Assembly: GCA_025060295.1 (NCBI GenBank)
Contig: JANXCH010000011.1
Coordinates: 6,816 to 70,815, forward strand
Length of the DNA stretch: 64,000 nt
From: Dehalococcoidia bacterium
GTDB lineage: Bacteria > Chloroflexota > Dehalococcoidia > Lucifugimonadales > HRBIN23
Reading direction: 5' to 3'
Shown: positions 9,305-19,476 of the stretch, one piece after another
How positions within the stretch are numbered: position 1 is the stretch's first letter
Layout of the letters: the number at the start of each line of letters is the position of its first letter
Made by a program: the position numbers and the translations under genes
The notes under the pieces: model-generated
The model's input: only the letters and a program-made list of their open reading frames with translations
What the model was told of the DNA's origin: nothing
Databases searched by the model: none

Positions 9305-10437
9305 GGGTGCTGTTCATCTCCAACGACTTCCCCCCCAAGCCCGGCGGCGGGGCTATGGCAGCCTACGGCCTGGCTCGGGGGCTGCACCAGATCGGCGTAG
9401 AGGTATGGGTCCTCACCACTGCTCCCCCTCGGGGCCACACGGATGCGGAAGGGTTTCCCCTCACACGCACCGCCCCCCGCTGGGACAAAAAGGGAGTGAA
9501 GATTTTGCCCCTCACCCTGGCCTCCCTGGGCATCTGCCGACGATGGCATCCTCATCGGCTTCTGGCCCTGTCATGGACCCACGACGGCGTGGCTGCTCTG
9601 ATCATCCGTCGTCTACGGGGTATCCCCTACCTCGTGATGGCCCACGGCACCGAAATCCTTCGCCACCGGCGCGGGCCTTTGCACCCCCTTATGCTCCGGG
9701 TGTTCCGCAACGCCATAGCGGTAGCGGCCAACAGCACCTTCACACACAGACTTGTGGTCAGTTTGGGAATTCCTGCCGAACACGTGTATGTCGTGCACCC
9801 CCCTATTGTGTCTACAAACCCCCCGGAACCTGATAGCCGTCTCGTGGACGAAAAGTTCAATCTCCGGGGCAAACGCGTCCTTCTGACTGTCGCCCGCCTG
9901 GTGAAGCGCAAAGGCCACGCCCAAGTGCTGGAGGCTCTCCGTGCCCTCAAAGACCGCTATCCAGACCTGGTGTATGTCATCACGGGCGATGGCGAATATC
10001 GAGCCGAACTGCAGCGCCTCGTCAGCCAGTACGGCCTAGAAGAGCAGGTGCGCTTTATCGGCTTCATCCCTCGGGAGGAGGTGTGGCAACTCTACCAACG
10101 GGCTGAAATTTACATTTCCCCATCCCTGGAGGACAAGGGAGATGTGGAGGGGTTCGGCATCTCCTTTGTGGAGGCGGGGCTGTGCGGGAAGCCGGTCATC
10201 GCCGGGCGCAGTGGGGGCGTGGCCGATGTGGTGCGGGACGGGGAAACGGGTCTGCTGGTGGATGCCCACAACCCGGGGGAGATCATCCGCGCCCTCACGC
10301 TTCTGCTGGACAACCCTGCCCTGCGGGAACGCTTGGGGCAGCGGGGGCGGGAGCGGGCACTCCAGGAGTTCACCCCGGAGGCGCAGGCACAAAAAATGTT
10401 GAAGGTGCTCGAGGATGCTGTCGCACGAAAAGTATAA
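9301..10437 (+). CDS. Glycosyltransferase family 4 (GT-B, group 1)
   Basis: It carries the canonical GT4 C-terminal motif EGFGISFVEAGLCGKPVIAGRSGGVADVVRDGETGLLV. Confidence 0.85.
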   Translation: MRVLFISNDFPPKPGGGAMAAYGLARGLHQIGVEVWVLTTAPPRGHTDAEGFPLTRTAPRWDKKGVKILPLTLASLGICRRWHPHRLLALSWTHDGVAALIIRRLRGIPYLVMAHGTEILRHRRGPLHPLMLRVFRNAIAVAANSTFTHRLVVSLGIPAEHVYVVHPPIVSTNPPEPDSRLVDEKFNLRGKRVLLTVARLVKRKGHAQVLEALRALKDRYPDLVYVITGDGEYRAELQRLVSQYGLEEQVRFIGFIPREEVWQLYQRAEIYISPSLEDKGDVEGFGISFVEAGLCGKPVIAGRSGGVADVVRDGETGLLVDAHNPGEIIRALTLLLDNPALRERLGQRGRERALQEFTPEAQAQKMLKVLEDAVARKV

Positions 10438-11437
10438 CGATGTGAAGAGCACAGAGTCGCATCGGCTGCAATTACTCAGTATGCTCCATAAAGCAGTGTC
10501 CGACCCCGCTATTGAACTTGTTACTGCACGCCTGAATTCATCCGACAGGGGATTCTTGAGGATCAAGTCGCGCCTCAATAGGCTGATCAATTATCGCTTA
10601 CGCTATCTGGAGATCGCTGCTACATCCCCTCCCCTGCGGTGGGCCTGGCCCTCAAGGGTATTGAAAGGAAAAACTTTTTGGGGATCCAAACTGTATCTCC
10701 CCAACAAGGATCTGGACGCAGTTTTTCTTTGGGCGCTCACGGTGTGTTGGGGGTGTTATGCTCCCGATGGACCCGAGTTAGGCCTTACCAGGTTTTTTAT
10801 AAAAATGCTCACGCCCAGGGATGTATTTTACGACATCGGCGCCAGTTACGGTTTTTACACTTTTTTGGCAGCTGAGTTGATCACAGAAGGTGAGATCCAC
10901 GCTTTCGAACCTAACGAACGCGTTTTCTATTGGCTCAAGCGCAACTGTCACTATCCCCATGTGATTCTCAACAATTGTGCCTTGACGAATAAAAGTGGCC
11001 AAGGGATGTTATTCATGCCTTCAAATCATAGCGGTGCTGGCTCTCTGAGGCAAGAATTAGCCGTGAAGCGCCGGCTTCGCCGCGCTCAAATTCCGGTTCA
11101 ACTGACTACTCTTGATGAATATGTCCAAAAACACCGTTCGCCGACTATAATCAAGATGGATGTGGAAGGTGCTGAACAACTCGTCATAGAGGGTGGGCAA
11201 AAATACCTCAGAGAAAATGCACCTATCATTGCGATGGAGGTGCACGGTGGTCAACCCTTTGAGCATTTTACTAAACTTGCTGTTCAGAGCCTGGTCGCGT
11301 TGGGTTTCCAGCCCTACCGTCTTAATCCCTTTGGCAATGTTGAAAAAGTCGACTTACAATTTCTTGAGAATCTTATTTCGAAAAATGATACGCTAGAAAA
11401 CATGATTTTTTGCCGGCCAAACTCGGGTCGTATATAA
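10415..11437 (+). CDS. FkbM-family SAM-dependent methyltransferase
   Basis: It has FYDIGASYGFYTF (SAM-binding loop) and KMDVEGAEQLVIEG, both typical of FkbM methyltransferases. The start is uncertain; ATG 10415 overlaps the previous gene by 23 nt and ATG 10481 is an alternative. Confidence 0.7.
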   Translation: MLSHEKYNDVKSTESHRLQLLSMLHKAVSDPAIELVTARLNSSDRGFLRIKSRLNRLINYRLRYLEIAATSPPLRWAWPSRVLKGKTFWGSKLYLPNKDLDAVFLWALTVCWGCYAPDGPELGLTRFFIKMLTPRDVFYDIGASYGFYTFLAAELITEGEIHAFEPNERVFYWLKRNCHYPHVILNNCALTNKSGQGMLFMPSNHSGAGSLRQELAVKRRLRRAQIPVQLTTLDEYVQKHRSPTIIKMDVEGAEQLVIEGGQKYLRENAPIIAMEVHGGQPFEHFTKLAVQSLVALGFQPYRLNPFGNVEKVDLQFLENLISKNDTLENMIFCRPNSGRI

Positions 11438-11450
11438 GGGAACTATCTCT

Positions 11451-12716
11451 ATGAAGTTCATTTTTGTGCATCACCAGCCGCACGGGCCATTCACCTTAGA
11501 GGCCCTCTGGAACGGCACACACGGTTTCGCCGGCTCCGTGGCGCACTTGCGTATCCTCTTTTGGCTTGCGTCGCGGGGGAACGAAGTCTACCTTATCGGG
11601 AATGTGCACAACGGCGTCCTGGGTGGTGTGCGCGCCATAGCGGGCCTGGAGCATGTGCACACCCTTTGTCAGGGCTGTTCTCCCGCTGCCCCCTCCGTGG
11701 TGGTGCTCAATCACTTCCCCGACAGGGCTTTATGGCGCGTCATTCGCCAAAACCCGCCCTGTCCCATCGTCGTATGGGCCAACAACCCCTTCGACACGCG
11801 TTGGCTGAAAGAACTGCAAAAGGGGAACATCGCCCGCATAGTTTGTCTTAGCCATTACGATCGGGAGCGCTATCGCATCTATCCGGGTTTTCAAGCTGTG
11901 GAGATGACCTATAGCGGGGTAGATTTAGATTTGATGGAAAAGGCCCCGGCGCGCACCAACGGCCACAATGTTGTCCTTTTCTGTCCCGTTCCTCGTCGCA
12001 CGAAAGGAGTGCACAACTTGCTGCGCGCCTGGCCCTTTGTGCGCAAAGGATGCCCCGATGCCCGTCTGCGTATATGTGGTTCCGCACGCATGCACGACCC
12101 GCACGCACCCCTGGGGCCCGCAGGGGTCCTGGATCGGGATGTGGAAGAGGAGTTCAGCGAGTTGCTGGGAACACCAGAACGCCGCCAGAGGTGGGGAATA
12201 TCCCTTTTGGGAACGCTCTCTCTGCCGCAAATCTATAGTGAAATGAAAGGGGCGACTGTCGCGGTGGTGAATTGTAACTGGCGGGGCTCCTTCGACACTT
12301 TCAGCCGCGCCGCTGTGGAAGCCCAATCTGCCGGAGCCCCCGTTGTGGGAGCCAAACGGGGAGCCCTCCCCGAAGTGGTGGCGGACGGCAGAACGGGGCT
12401 GTTAGTGAATCGCGCTGACCCCAAAGCCCTGGCCGAGGCGATCATCACCCTTTTGCGCAACAAGCCCTTACGAGACACGATGGCCGCCGCAGCACCCTCT
12501 TGGGCACGCCCCTTCGCCGACTATAACCTTTTGGCGGCTGACTGGGAAGCGATAGCCCGCCGCGCGTGGACGGGGGAAAACGCCCCCAGCCCTCGCAGAC
12601 GCTTTGACGATTTCCTCCGCTCTATAGGATACGGCAGTCTGCGACGCACGGCCCGCAATCTTATTCGCGGCACTTCACTGGAAAGGCTCGTTTTGCGGTT
12701 CTACTCTGGCCGTTAG
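11451..12716 (+). CDS. Glycosyltransferase family 4 (GT-B, group 1)
   Basis: The C-terminal SFDTFSRAAVEAQSAGAPVVGAKRGALPEVVADGRTGLLV is a GT4 E-x7-E-like region. Confidence 0.75.
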   Translation: MKFIFVHHQPHGPFTLEALWNGTHGFAGSVAHLRILFWLASRGNEVYLIGNVHNGVLGGVRAIAGLEHVHTLCQGCSPAAPSVVVLNHFPDRALWRVIRQNPPCPIVVWANNPFDTRWLKELQKGNIARIVCLSHYDRERYRIYPGFQAVEMTYSGVDLDLMEKAPARTNGHNVVLFCPVPRRTKGVHNLLRAWPFVRKGCPDARLRICGSARMHDPHAPLGPAGVLDRDVEEEFSELLGTPERRQRWGISLLGTLSLPQIYSEMKGATVAVVNCNWRGSFDTFSRAAVEAQSAGAPVVGAKRGALPEVVADGRTGLLVNRADPKALAEAIITLLRNKPLRDTMAAAAPSWARPFADYNLLAADWEAIARRAWTGENAPSPRRRFDDFLRSIGYGSLRRTARNLIRGTSLERLVLRFYSGR

Positions 12717-12879
12717 GTGATGTGATCACCGGAGGGTTGCGTATGTTTGCGCTTCGGTGTAATGTGTATGCTATCCTTATCGAACCTTGTAATGCTGATT
12801 TGTGCATCCAAAAGACTTGTTCCGCCGTCGCACTTGATAGTTTCTTCATCGCAACAGCCTAATCCGAGACTTGATAGCA

Positions 12880-14445
12880 ATGACATATACAGGAACGCCC
12901 CGCATGTCGCATAGATTGATCGAGCGCCTCGAGCTCTGGGCAGGGCATCCGGCCGTGCCTTGGGTGCTCGCTTTGTCCTTCTTGGCCCTTCACCTCATAG
13001 GATTGGATTCCTCACCTATGGTGTACTGGGATGAGACACCAAACACCAGCGCCGCTCGAGAACTGGCCTTTTTCGGACGCTTCGCTGCCCCTGCTCTGTC
13101 AGGCACAATGTACTTGGACACGCACTTTTTTATTTATCCCCCCGTGTATCCCCTCATGCTGACAGCAATATATAAGTTATTCGGCTTTGGCATTTGGCAG
13201 TCGCGCATACCCAGCGTCATTCTCGGTGCCCTGTCCATAGCCACGGTCTACTGGGCAAGCCGCCGTCTGACAGGCTCTGCCCTTGTGGGTCTTGTGGCCG
13301 GCGCCTTGCTTTGGGGAGACTCCTTGTGGACATTAGCATCACGCTTGGCGCGCACTGATGTCCTGGCCATGACTTTCGTGATGGGAAGTCTGCTCGTTCT
13401 CCTTCACGCCAGAAAAACCGGCTCCCACTTCCCTCGGCAGCACCTCCTTGTGGGCGCATCTGGTGTTCTGGGGGGCCTGGCAGTGTTAACTGGGCCTCGG
13501 GCGGTGTTTCCGGCGATGGGCGTAGGACTGTCCGTTCTTGCTATGCAAGAGTTTGGGGAACTGCGCAGACGATTGCAAATGGGAGCCTGTTTCCTCTCCG
13601 GGGCAATTCTTCCAGCAATAGGATGGCTTGCCTATATCATATCCGCTCCCGAGGCCTTCCGCGTCCAGTTCATCCCTCACGCTTTTGGGGCAACCCCGCT
13701 GACACAAAGCCGTTGGTATTTCGGTGATACTTTATCAGAAAATCTCCGCATTTTCTTTGTAGCCTACCCCGTTATCATCGGAGGCCTTATATTTGCTTTC
13801 TCCCCTCTGTCGCTGCGCAGTCCTTCTGGGCTCATACTCCCCGTCATGTTTTTGCCATGTCTTCCCCTTCTCCTCCCGCCTGTTCCCGCTGTTTATGTCC
13901 TTCCATTATTCGCCATCTCGGCAGCAAGTCTGATAGTTTATATCCTGCGGAGAATATCGTTGACAAAGCCGCTTCTTTCGTTCATACTGATCTGTTGTGT
14001 TGCTACCGCTCTCTTGATTGCGCCTCTCGGACGCCTCAGCACGGCGCTCCTCCAACGGGAAAGCCGATCCGATGCCTACCTGCAAAGGGCTTTAAAGAGT
14101 CATCTCACACCACCATGCACCGTTGCCGGCGACCCCCTTGTGTACTTCGCGATATTGGGAATGGGGTGTGACTTTCGTCTCTTTCGATTCGGGCTCATCT
14201 TGTCGCAACCGGATGAGACTATACGTTGGGAGGAATATAAGAGAGCACTGGCAGATTGGAAGCCCGACTACCTCGTCCTTAAAGAGGGTACTGCGATCGA
14301 TGAGATTTTTCCCCCAGGAACCGCCCTCCATTATTCGGAGACAGGAGTTTTAAAGTTAGGACGACCACGGCCGAGACTGTGGGAACTTTTAAGCCAAGGT
14401 CAAGGTACCATTGTCCTTGTTGTGTACAGGAGGCAAGGTGAGTAG
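12880..14445 (+). CDS. GT-C fold membrane glycosyltransferase (ArnT/PMT-like, GT39/GT83-type)
   Basis: It has about 12 predicted TM segments and an early extracytoplasmic-loop acidic motif YWDETPNTSAARELA, as in ArnT/PMT enzymes. ATG 12880 was preferred over TTG 12871. Confidence 0.55.
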   Translation: MTYTGTPRMSHRLIERLELWAGHPAVPWVLALSFLALHLIGLDSSPMVYWDETPNTSAARELAFFGRFAAPALSGTMYLDTHFFIYPPVYPLMLTAIYKLFGFGIWQSRIPSVILGALSIATVYWASRRLTGSALVGLVAGALLWGDSLWTLASRLARTDVLAMTFVMGSLLVLLHARKTGSHFPRQHLLVGASGVLGGLAVLTGPRAVFPAMGVGLSVLAMQEFGELRRRLQMGACFLSGAILPAIGWLAYIISAPEAFRVQFIPHAFGATPLTQSRWYFGDTLSENLRIFFVAYPVIIGGLIFAFSPLSLRSPSGLILPVMFLPCLPLLLPPVPAVYVLPLFAISAASLIVYILRRISLTKPLLSFILICCVATALLIAPLGRLSTALLQRESRSDAYLQRALKSHLTPPCTVAGDPLVYFAILGMGCDFRLFRFGLILSQPDETIRWEEYKRALADWKPDYLVLKEGTAIDEIFPPGTALHYSETGVLKLGRPRPRLWELLSQGQGTIVLVVYRRQGE

Positions 14446-15760
14446 CCACTTGATACCCCCTGTTGTGTTTATGTGGGTCTTGGCCTTCGGGGCCCGTTTC
14501 GCCTTCGGCAGTTGGCTGGCACCCGGAGCCCTGGCGGCTCTGGCATGGGCCGTCTTCGTTACCGTCTCTGCCTTGGTCCCCGATTACCAGTGGATGCCCA
14601 CCGGCGGATTGTGGTGGATCGGTATAAACATCTTGACCTTCTGTATAGGATGCGGATTGGCTCTTCTATTGGTGCGGAAACGTCGCGGGGACTCGCCTGC
14701 TGTTCCGCCACAAGCTTTTTCTTCTCTTGAGCCCATCCTATGGATCTTGATGGGTTTGGCTGTTGTGTTCATTGTGTTGCTTTTGTTCGTCCTCCCGCCC
14801 ACAGTTGCCGAGCGTTCTCTCCCCTTCCGTTTGCTTCACGGCACTCCTGCAGCAAGCATGATAGTGGGCGGATGCTTATTCGCCTCCGCTACCACCTTGC
14901 GCCAGCGAATAGTAGCGCTCTTGCCCCTTCTCCTGGGGCTCGCTCTCGCCACTTTGAGTAGTTCCCGCACAGCTAACGTCATCAATAACCTCTATTGGTT
15001 CCTCGGATTTGTGTATATGCAGGCGATGGTCGGAAAAAGAGGTATAGGAATTTCCCTCGCTCGCACTGCTCTTCTTCTGGCGCTTGCGGGCATCACTTTC
15101 CTTGGGGCTACCTTTGCCACCCGCCAGCGCTATGGTCGGACGGAGTATCCCTACGCCCAGGGAAGGGTGGAGCTCCTGGCTACCGTGTGGCGCGTAGAAG
15201 GGATTCAGGGCGCAGTGTTCAAGGCCTGGCCCGCCCTGCACACCCAAGCCCAAAGCTGGGCCTTCACTTTCACCGTGTGGTTTGACGAGGGCTGGGCCAA
15301 CCCGCCATCGCTCACCTGGGGACGGTACTTTTTCGACGGTCCTATCCGCCTCTTGCAGGGCCGATGGGGTACCTACTCGGACCTTCCCGCCCGCTATGAG
15401 AATATAGAGATAGCGCCAGGTATATCCGCCAACACGGCAACTCTTTTCAAGTATCCTATCCTCGACTTCGGCTTTGGCGGTGCTTTAGTTCTGATGTTGT
15501 TGTTAGGTTTAATAGCCGGATGGGCCTACCGTCGCTTGCATGAAGGAAATGCAGCTGCATTTGCCATAGTAGTGGCTGTAACGTTTTACTTTCTTCTTAA
15601 CATTGGCCCATTCGTCTACAACGCTCTTACTCAAGCCTACCTCATCCTCGCCCTCGCCCTCTGGTGGGCCAAACGCCGCTGGGAAAGAGAGCAAGGCAAG
15701 GTTCTCCGGACACAGCCCCAAGAAATCCCCACCCCAGCCCCGACACCGTCCCATGTATAA
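14438..15760 (+). CDS. Polytopic membrane protein, putative Wzy-type polymerase
   Basis: It is a multi-TM protein with no other motif, sitting between the GT-C enzyme and the initiating transferase. GTG 14438 follows AGGAGG (14427-14432) at 5-nt spacing. The function is inferred from context only. Confidence 0.45.
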   Translation: MSSHLIPPVVFMWVLAFGARFAFGSWLAPGALAALAWAVFVTVSALVPDYQWMPTGGLWWIGINILTFCIGCGLALLLVRKRRGDSPAVPPQAFSSLEPILWILMGLAVVFIVLLLFVLPPTVAERSLPFRLLHGTPAASMIVGGCLFASATTLRQRIVALLPLLLGLALATLSSSRTANVINNLYWFLGFVYMQAMVGKRGIGISLARTALLLALAGITFLGATFATRQRYGRTEYPYAQGRVELLATVWRVEGIQGAVFKAWPALHTQAQSWAFTFTVWFDEGWANPPSLTWGRYFFDGPIRLLQGRWGTYSDLPARYENIEIAPGISANTATLFKYPILDFGFGGALVLMLLLGLIAGWAYRRLHEGNAAAFAIVVAVTFYFLLNIGPFVYNALTQAYLILALALWWAKRRWEREQGKVLRTQPQEIPTPAPTPSHV

Positions 15761-16367
15761 CTTCACCAAACGCCTCCTAGACCTCTTCGTCGCCCTGGCT
15801 GGCCTGACCCTTACCGCCCCCCTCTTCCTTCTCATCGCCATCGCCATCAAACTGGACTCCCCGGGCCCCGTCTTCTACCGCGGCCTGCGCATCGGCCAGC
15901 ACGGACGCCCCTTCCGCATCTTTAAGTTCCGCAGTATGGTCGTCAACGCCGAACGCCTGGGCGGCCCCTCCGTCGCCGACACCGACCCCCGCATCACCCG
16001 CGTCGGCAAATTCCTGCGCAAAACCAAACTGGACGAACTCCCCCAACTCCTCAATGTCCTCAAAGGCGAGATGAGCCTTGTAGGCCCACGCCCCGAAGTG
16101 CCCCAGTATGTGGAGATGTTCACCCCCGAAGAGCGCGCCATCCTCTCCGTCAAGCCCGGCATGACCGACTGGGCCTCCCTGTGGGACATCGACGAGGGGG
16201 CCATCCTGGCCAAGGAGCCTGACCCCGAAAAGGCCTACCAGGAGAAGATTCGCCCCGAAAAGATACGCCTCCAACTCAAATATGTGCGAGAGCGTTCCCT
16301 GTGGACAGACCTGAAAATCCTCGCCCTGACCGTGTGGTCGGTGGCCACCAAACCCCTGAAGCGGTAG
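15753..16367 (+). CDS. Small monotopic phosphoglycosyl transferase (bacterial sugar transferase, PglC/WbaP C-terminal type)
   Basis: The sequence reads [13 protein letters not shown]...[17 protein letters not shown]...RIFKFRSM...[41 protein letters not shown] 15753 overlaps the upstream stop (ATGTATAA). The upstream 50 codons in the ORF track were rejected. Confidence 0.9.
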   Translation: MYNFTKRLLDLFVALAGLTLTAPLFLLIAIAIKLDSPGPVFYRGLRIGQHGRPFRIFKFRSMVVNAERLGGPSVADTDPRITRVGKFLRKTKLDELPQLLNVLKGEMSLVGPRPEVPQYVEMFTPEERAILSVKPGMTDWASLWDIDEGAILAKEPDPEKAYQEKIRPEKIRLQLKYVRERSLWTDLKILALTVWSVATKPLKR

Positions 16368-16369
16368 CC

Positions 16370-17359
16370 GTGGGAACCACTTTCCCTCCCTTCCTTCTGG
16401 TGCACCTGTTGCGCACCATGGTGCGCATCCGCATCTTTGAGGAGCGCACCGCCGACCTGCTCCTCCGGGGGGAGATTCGCTGTCCCACGCACCTGTACAT
16501 CGGCCAGGAGGCCATCGCCACCGGAGTGTGCGCCGCCCTGGACCGCTCGGACTACATCCTGGGCACCCATCGCTCCCACGGCCACTTCCTGGCAAAGGGC
16601 GGCTCCATGCGCGCCCTGATGGCCGAAATGTTCGGCAAGAAAACAGGATGCGCCTACGGACGGGGCGGCTCGATGCACCTTATCGCCCGGGAAGTGGGCT
16701 TTTTAGGGTCAGTGCCCATGGTCGCCGCCACCATCCCTATAGCCGTCGGCTCCGCTTTGGCCTCTACCCTCTTGGAGCAGGGACGGGTGGCGGTCTCCTT
16801 CTTCGGCGACGGCGCCACCGAGGAGGGCGAATTCCACGAATCCCTGAACTTCGCCGCCCTTTGGAAACTCCCCGTGCTGTTCGTCTGCGAGAACAACTTC
16901 TACTCCACCCATATGCCCTTGCACGCCCGCCAGCCTACCCAAGACCTCACCCGCCACGCCCTCGCCCACGCCATCCCTGGCGTCGCCGTGGACGGCAACG
17001 ATGTGGTGGCCGTCTATACTGCCGCCCACGAGGCCGTCCAGCGCGCCCGCGCGGGCCTGGGCCCCACCCTGTTGGTGTGCAACACCTACCGCTGGCGGGG
17101 ACACGTGGGCCCCCACTGGGATTTGGACAAAAACATCCGCCCCCAAAAGGAGGTGGAGGCGTGGATGGCCCGCTGCCCTATCCATCGCCTGGAGACCGCC
17201 CTGCTGCAGCAGGGCCTCCTGACCCCCCAGGAACGGGACACCATCTACGCCCAAGCCGTGCACGAGGTGGAAGACGCCGTGGCCTTCGCACGCCACAGCC
17301 CCTTCCCGGACCCGGTGGAACTGCCCGCCCACCTCTTCACAGACAGGAAAACCCCCTGA
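16370..17359 (+). CDS. Thiamine-diphosphate-dependent 2-oxoacid dehydrogenase E1 component, alpha subunit homologue
   Basis: It carries HLYIGQEAIATGV, YGRGGSMHL and the TPP-binding motif FFGDGATEEGEFHESLNFAALWKLPVLFVCENNFYS. GTG 16370 lies 3 nt after the upstream stop. Confidence 0.85.
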   Translation: MGTTFPPFLLVHLLRTMVRIRIFEERTADLLLRGEIRCPTHLYIGQEAIATGVCAALDRSDYILGTHRSHGHFLAKGGSMRALMAEMFGKKTGCAYGRGGSMHLIAREVGFLGSVPMVAATIPIAVGSALASTLLEQGRVAVSFFGDGATEEGEFHESLNFAALWKLPVLFVCENNFYSTHMPLHARQPTQDLTRHALAHAIPGVAVDGNDVVAVYTAAHEAVQRARAGLGPTLLVCNTYRWRGHVGPHWDLDKNIRPQKEVEAWMARCPIHRLETALLQQGLLTPQERDTIYAQAVHEVEDAVAFARHSPFPDPVELPAHLFTDRKTP

Positions 17360-17360
17360 C

Positions 17361-18347
17361 ATGCGCACCCTCACCTACGCCGAAGCCATTCGCGAAGCCT
17401 TCGCCCAGATGCTGGCCACCAACCCCCGCCTGTTGGTGATCGGGCAGGGGGTAACCAACCCCTGGTATGTGGGCGACAGCATGCGCGACCTGGATAAGCA
17501 GTTCGGCACCCGCCGTATCATCGACCCCCCTGTCTCCGAGCAGGGCACCAACGGTATCGCTATCGGTGCCGCCCTGGCCGGCATGCCCACCATCCTCATT
17601 CACCCCCGCATGGACTTCCTCCTCAAAGGGGTGGAACAGATCATCAACCAGGCCGCCAACTGGTGCTATGTGTTCGGGGGCCAGGCGGGTGTGCCCCTGG
17701 TCATTCGCGCCATCATCAACCGCGGGGGCGAGCAGGGTGCCCAGCATTCCCAAGCCCTGCAGGCCCTCTTCGCCCACATTCCCGGCCTGAAGGTGCTCAT
17801 GCCCGCCACACCCTACGACGCCAAAGGCCTCCTCATGGCTAGCGTGCAGGATGGCAACCCCATCGTCTACATTGACGACCGCTGGCTCTATAAAGAGCGA
17901 GGGCCCGTCCCCGAGGAGCCATATACCGTCCCCATCGGAAAGGGCATTATTCGCCACGAAGGACAGGATGTCACCCTGGTCGCCCTCTCCTATATGGTTG
18001 TGGAGGCGCAAAAGGCCTTGCCCCTCCTGGAACAGCAGGGTATCTCTGTAGAACTCATTGACCTGCGCTCCGTCAAACCCTGGGATAAGGAGTTGGTGCT
18101 CGCCTCCGTGCGCAAGACGGGACGCCTGGTAGTGGCCGACAGCGGGTGGCGCACGGGGGGTGTCTCGGCAGAGATTGTGGCCACAGTGGCCGAGGAGGCC
18201 TGGGCTGTCCTGAAAGCGCCGCCCCTGCGCCTGGCCCTCCCTGACCTCCCCGCCCCCACCTCCCGGACCTTGGAGGAGGCCTACTACCCCCGCGCAGCCC
18301 ACATCGTAGACACCGTAACCCGCGCCTGCGGGAACGCACACCGCTAA
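17361..18347 (+). CDS. 2-oxoacid dehydrogenase E1 component, beta subunit homologue (transketolase-like)
   Basis: It carries IDPPVSEQGTNGIAIGAALAGMPTI and a C-terminal transketolase-C-like region, VELIDLRSVKPWDKELV. It starts 1 nt after the alpha-subunit stop. Confidence 0.85.
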   Translation: MRTLTYAEAIREAFAQMLATNPRLLVIGQGVTNPWYVGDSMRDLDKQFGTRRIIDPPVSEQGTNGIAIGAALAGMPTILIHPRMDFLLKGVEQIINQAANWCYVFGGQAGVPLVIRAIINRGGEQGAQHSQALQALFAHIPGLKVLMPATPYDAKGLLMASVQDGNPIVYIDDRWLYKERGPVPEEPYTVPIGKGIIRHEGQDVTLVALSYMVVEAQKALPLLEQQGISVELIDLRSVKPWDKELVLASVRKTGRLVVADSGWRTGGVSAEIVATVAEEAWAVLKAPPLRLALPDLPAPTSRTLEEAYYPRAAHIVDTVTRACGNAHR

Positions 18348-18357
18348 GGAGGCTGGC

Positions 18358-19476
18358 ATGCCCACGCCCTGGAAAGTGCCCTACATTGACTACCCCACCG
18401 CCTTCCGCAAGATGGAGGGCGAGATTATGGAGACCATCCGTCAGGTGCTGGCGGGGGGCGACCTTATCCTCCGCAAGCACGTGGAGGCTTTTGAGGCGCA
18501 CCTGGCTCAGTTCGTGGGCACCCGCTACGCCATTGGCGTCAACAGCGGCACCGATGCCCTTCATCTCTCCCTACGGGCTGCGGGCATCGGTCCAGGCGAC
18601 GAGGTTATCACCGTCTCCCACACCTTTGTGGCCACGGCCGCTGCCATCCACCACGCCGGCGCTACCCCCGTCCTGGTGGACATCGGCGACGACCACAACA
18701 TGGATGTGGGCAAGGTGGAGCGGGCTATTACCCCCCGCACTAAGGCCATTATCCCCGTCCACCTCAACGGGCGCCTGTGTGCGATGGACGCCCTGATGGC
18801 CATCGCCCAGCGCCACAATCTACTGGTCATTGAAGACGCCGCCCAAGCTTTGGGAGCATCCTATAAGGGACGCAAGGCCGGCTCCTTTGGCATCGCCGGA
18901 TGCTTCAGTTTCTACCCCGCAAAAATCCTGGGGGCCTTTGGCGACGCCGGCGCCGTCGTAACCAACGACCCCCAGATCGCCCAGAAGGTGCGCTGGCTCC
19001 GCAACCACGGGCGCACCGAGGATGGGGATGTGGCCCTCTTCTCCTTCAATAGCCGACTGGACAACCTCCACGCCGCCATCCTAGACCTCAAGTTGAAGTG
19101 GGTTCCCGAGTGGATTCGCCGCCGGCGGGAACTGGCCCGCCTGTATCACCAGCGTTTGGCTGATCTCCCCCAGGTGCACCTGCCCCCGCCCCCTGTGGAG
19201 GAGGGACCCTTCTTTGATGTATTCCAGAACTACGAGATAGAGGCTGAGCGGCGCGATGCCCTGGTGGAGCACCTCAAGGCCCAGGGGATAGAGGTGATGC
19301 TCCCCTGGGGAGGGAAAGCGGTGCACCACTTCAAGGCCTTGGGCCTTTCCCACTACGCCCTCCCCAAGACCGACGCCGTGTTCCGGCGCGTGCTGATGCT
19401 CCCCATGCACCCCGAACTGACCGACCAACAGGTGGAGTATGTCGCCCAAAGCATCCGCGCCTTCTACGGGCGCTAA
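18358..19476 (+). CDS. DegT/DnrJ/EryC1/StrS-family PLP-dependent sugar aminotransferase
   Basis: It carries FEAHLAQFVGTRYAIGVNSGTDALHLSLRA and the Schiff-base lysine context CFSFYPAKILGAFGDAGAVVTND. Confidence 0.9.
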   Translation: MPTPWKVPYIDYPTAFRKMEGEIMETIRQVLAGGDLILRKHVEAFEAHLAQFVGTRYAIGVNSGTDALHLSLRAAGIGPGDEVITVSHTFVATAAAIHHAGATPVLVDIGDDHNMDVGKVERAITPRTKAIIPVHLNGRLCAMDALMAIAQRHNLLVIEDAAQALGASYKGRKAGSFGIAGCFSFYPAKILGAFGDAGAVVTNDPQIAQKVRWLRNHGRTEDGDVALFSFNSRLDNLHAAILDLKLKWVPEWIRRRRELARLYHQRLADLPQVHLPPPPVEEGPFFDVFQNYEIEAERRDALVEHLKAQGIEVMLPWGGKAVHHFKALGLSHYALPKTDAVFRRVLMLPMHPELTDQQVEYVAQSIRAFYGR

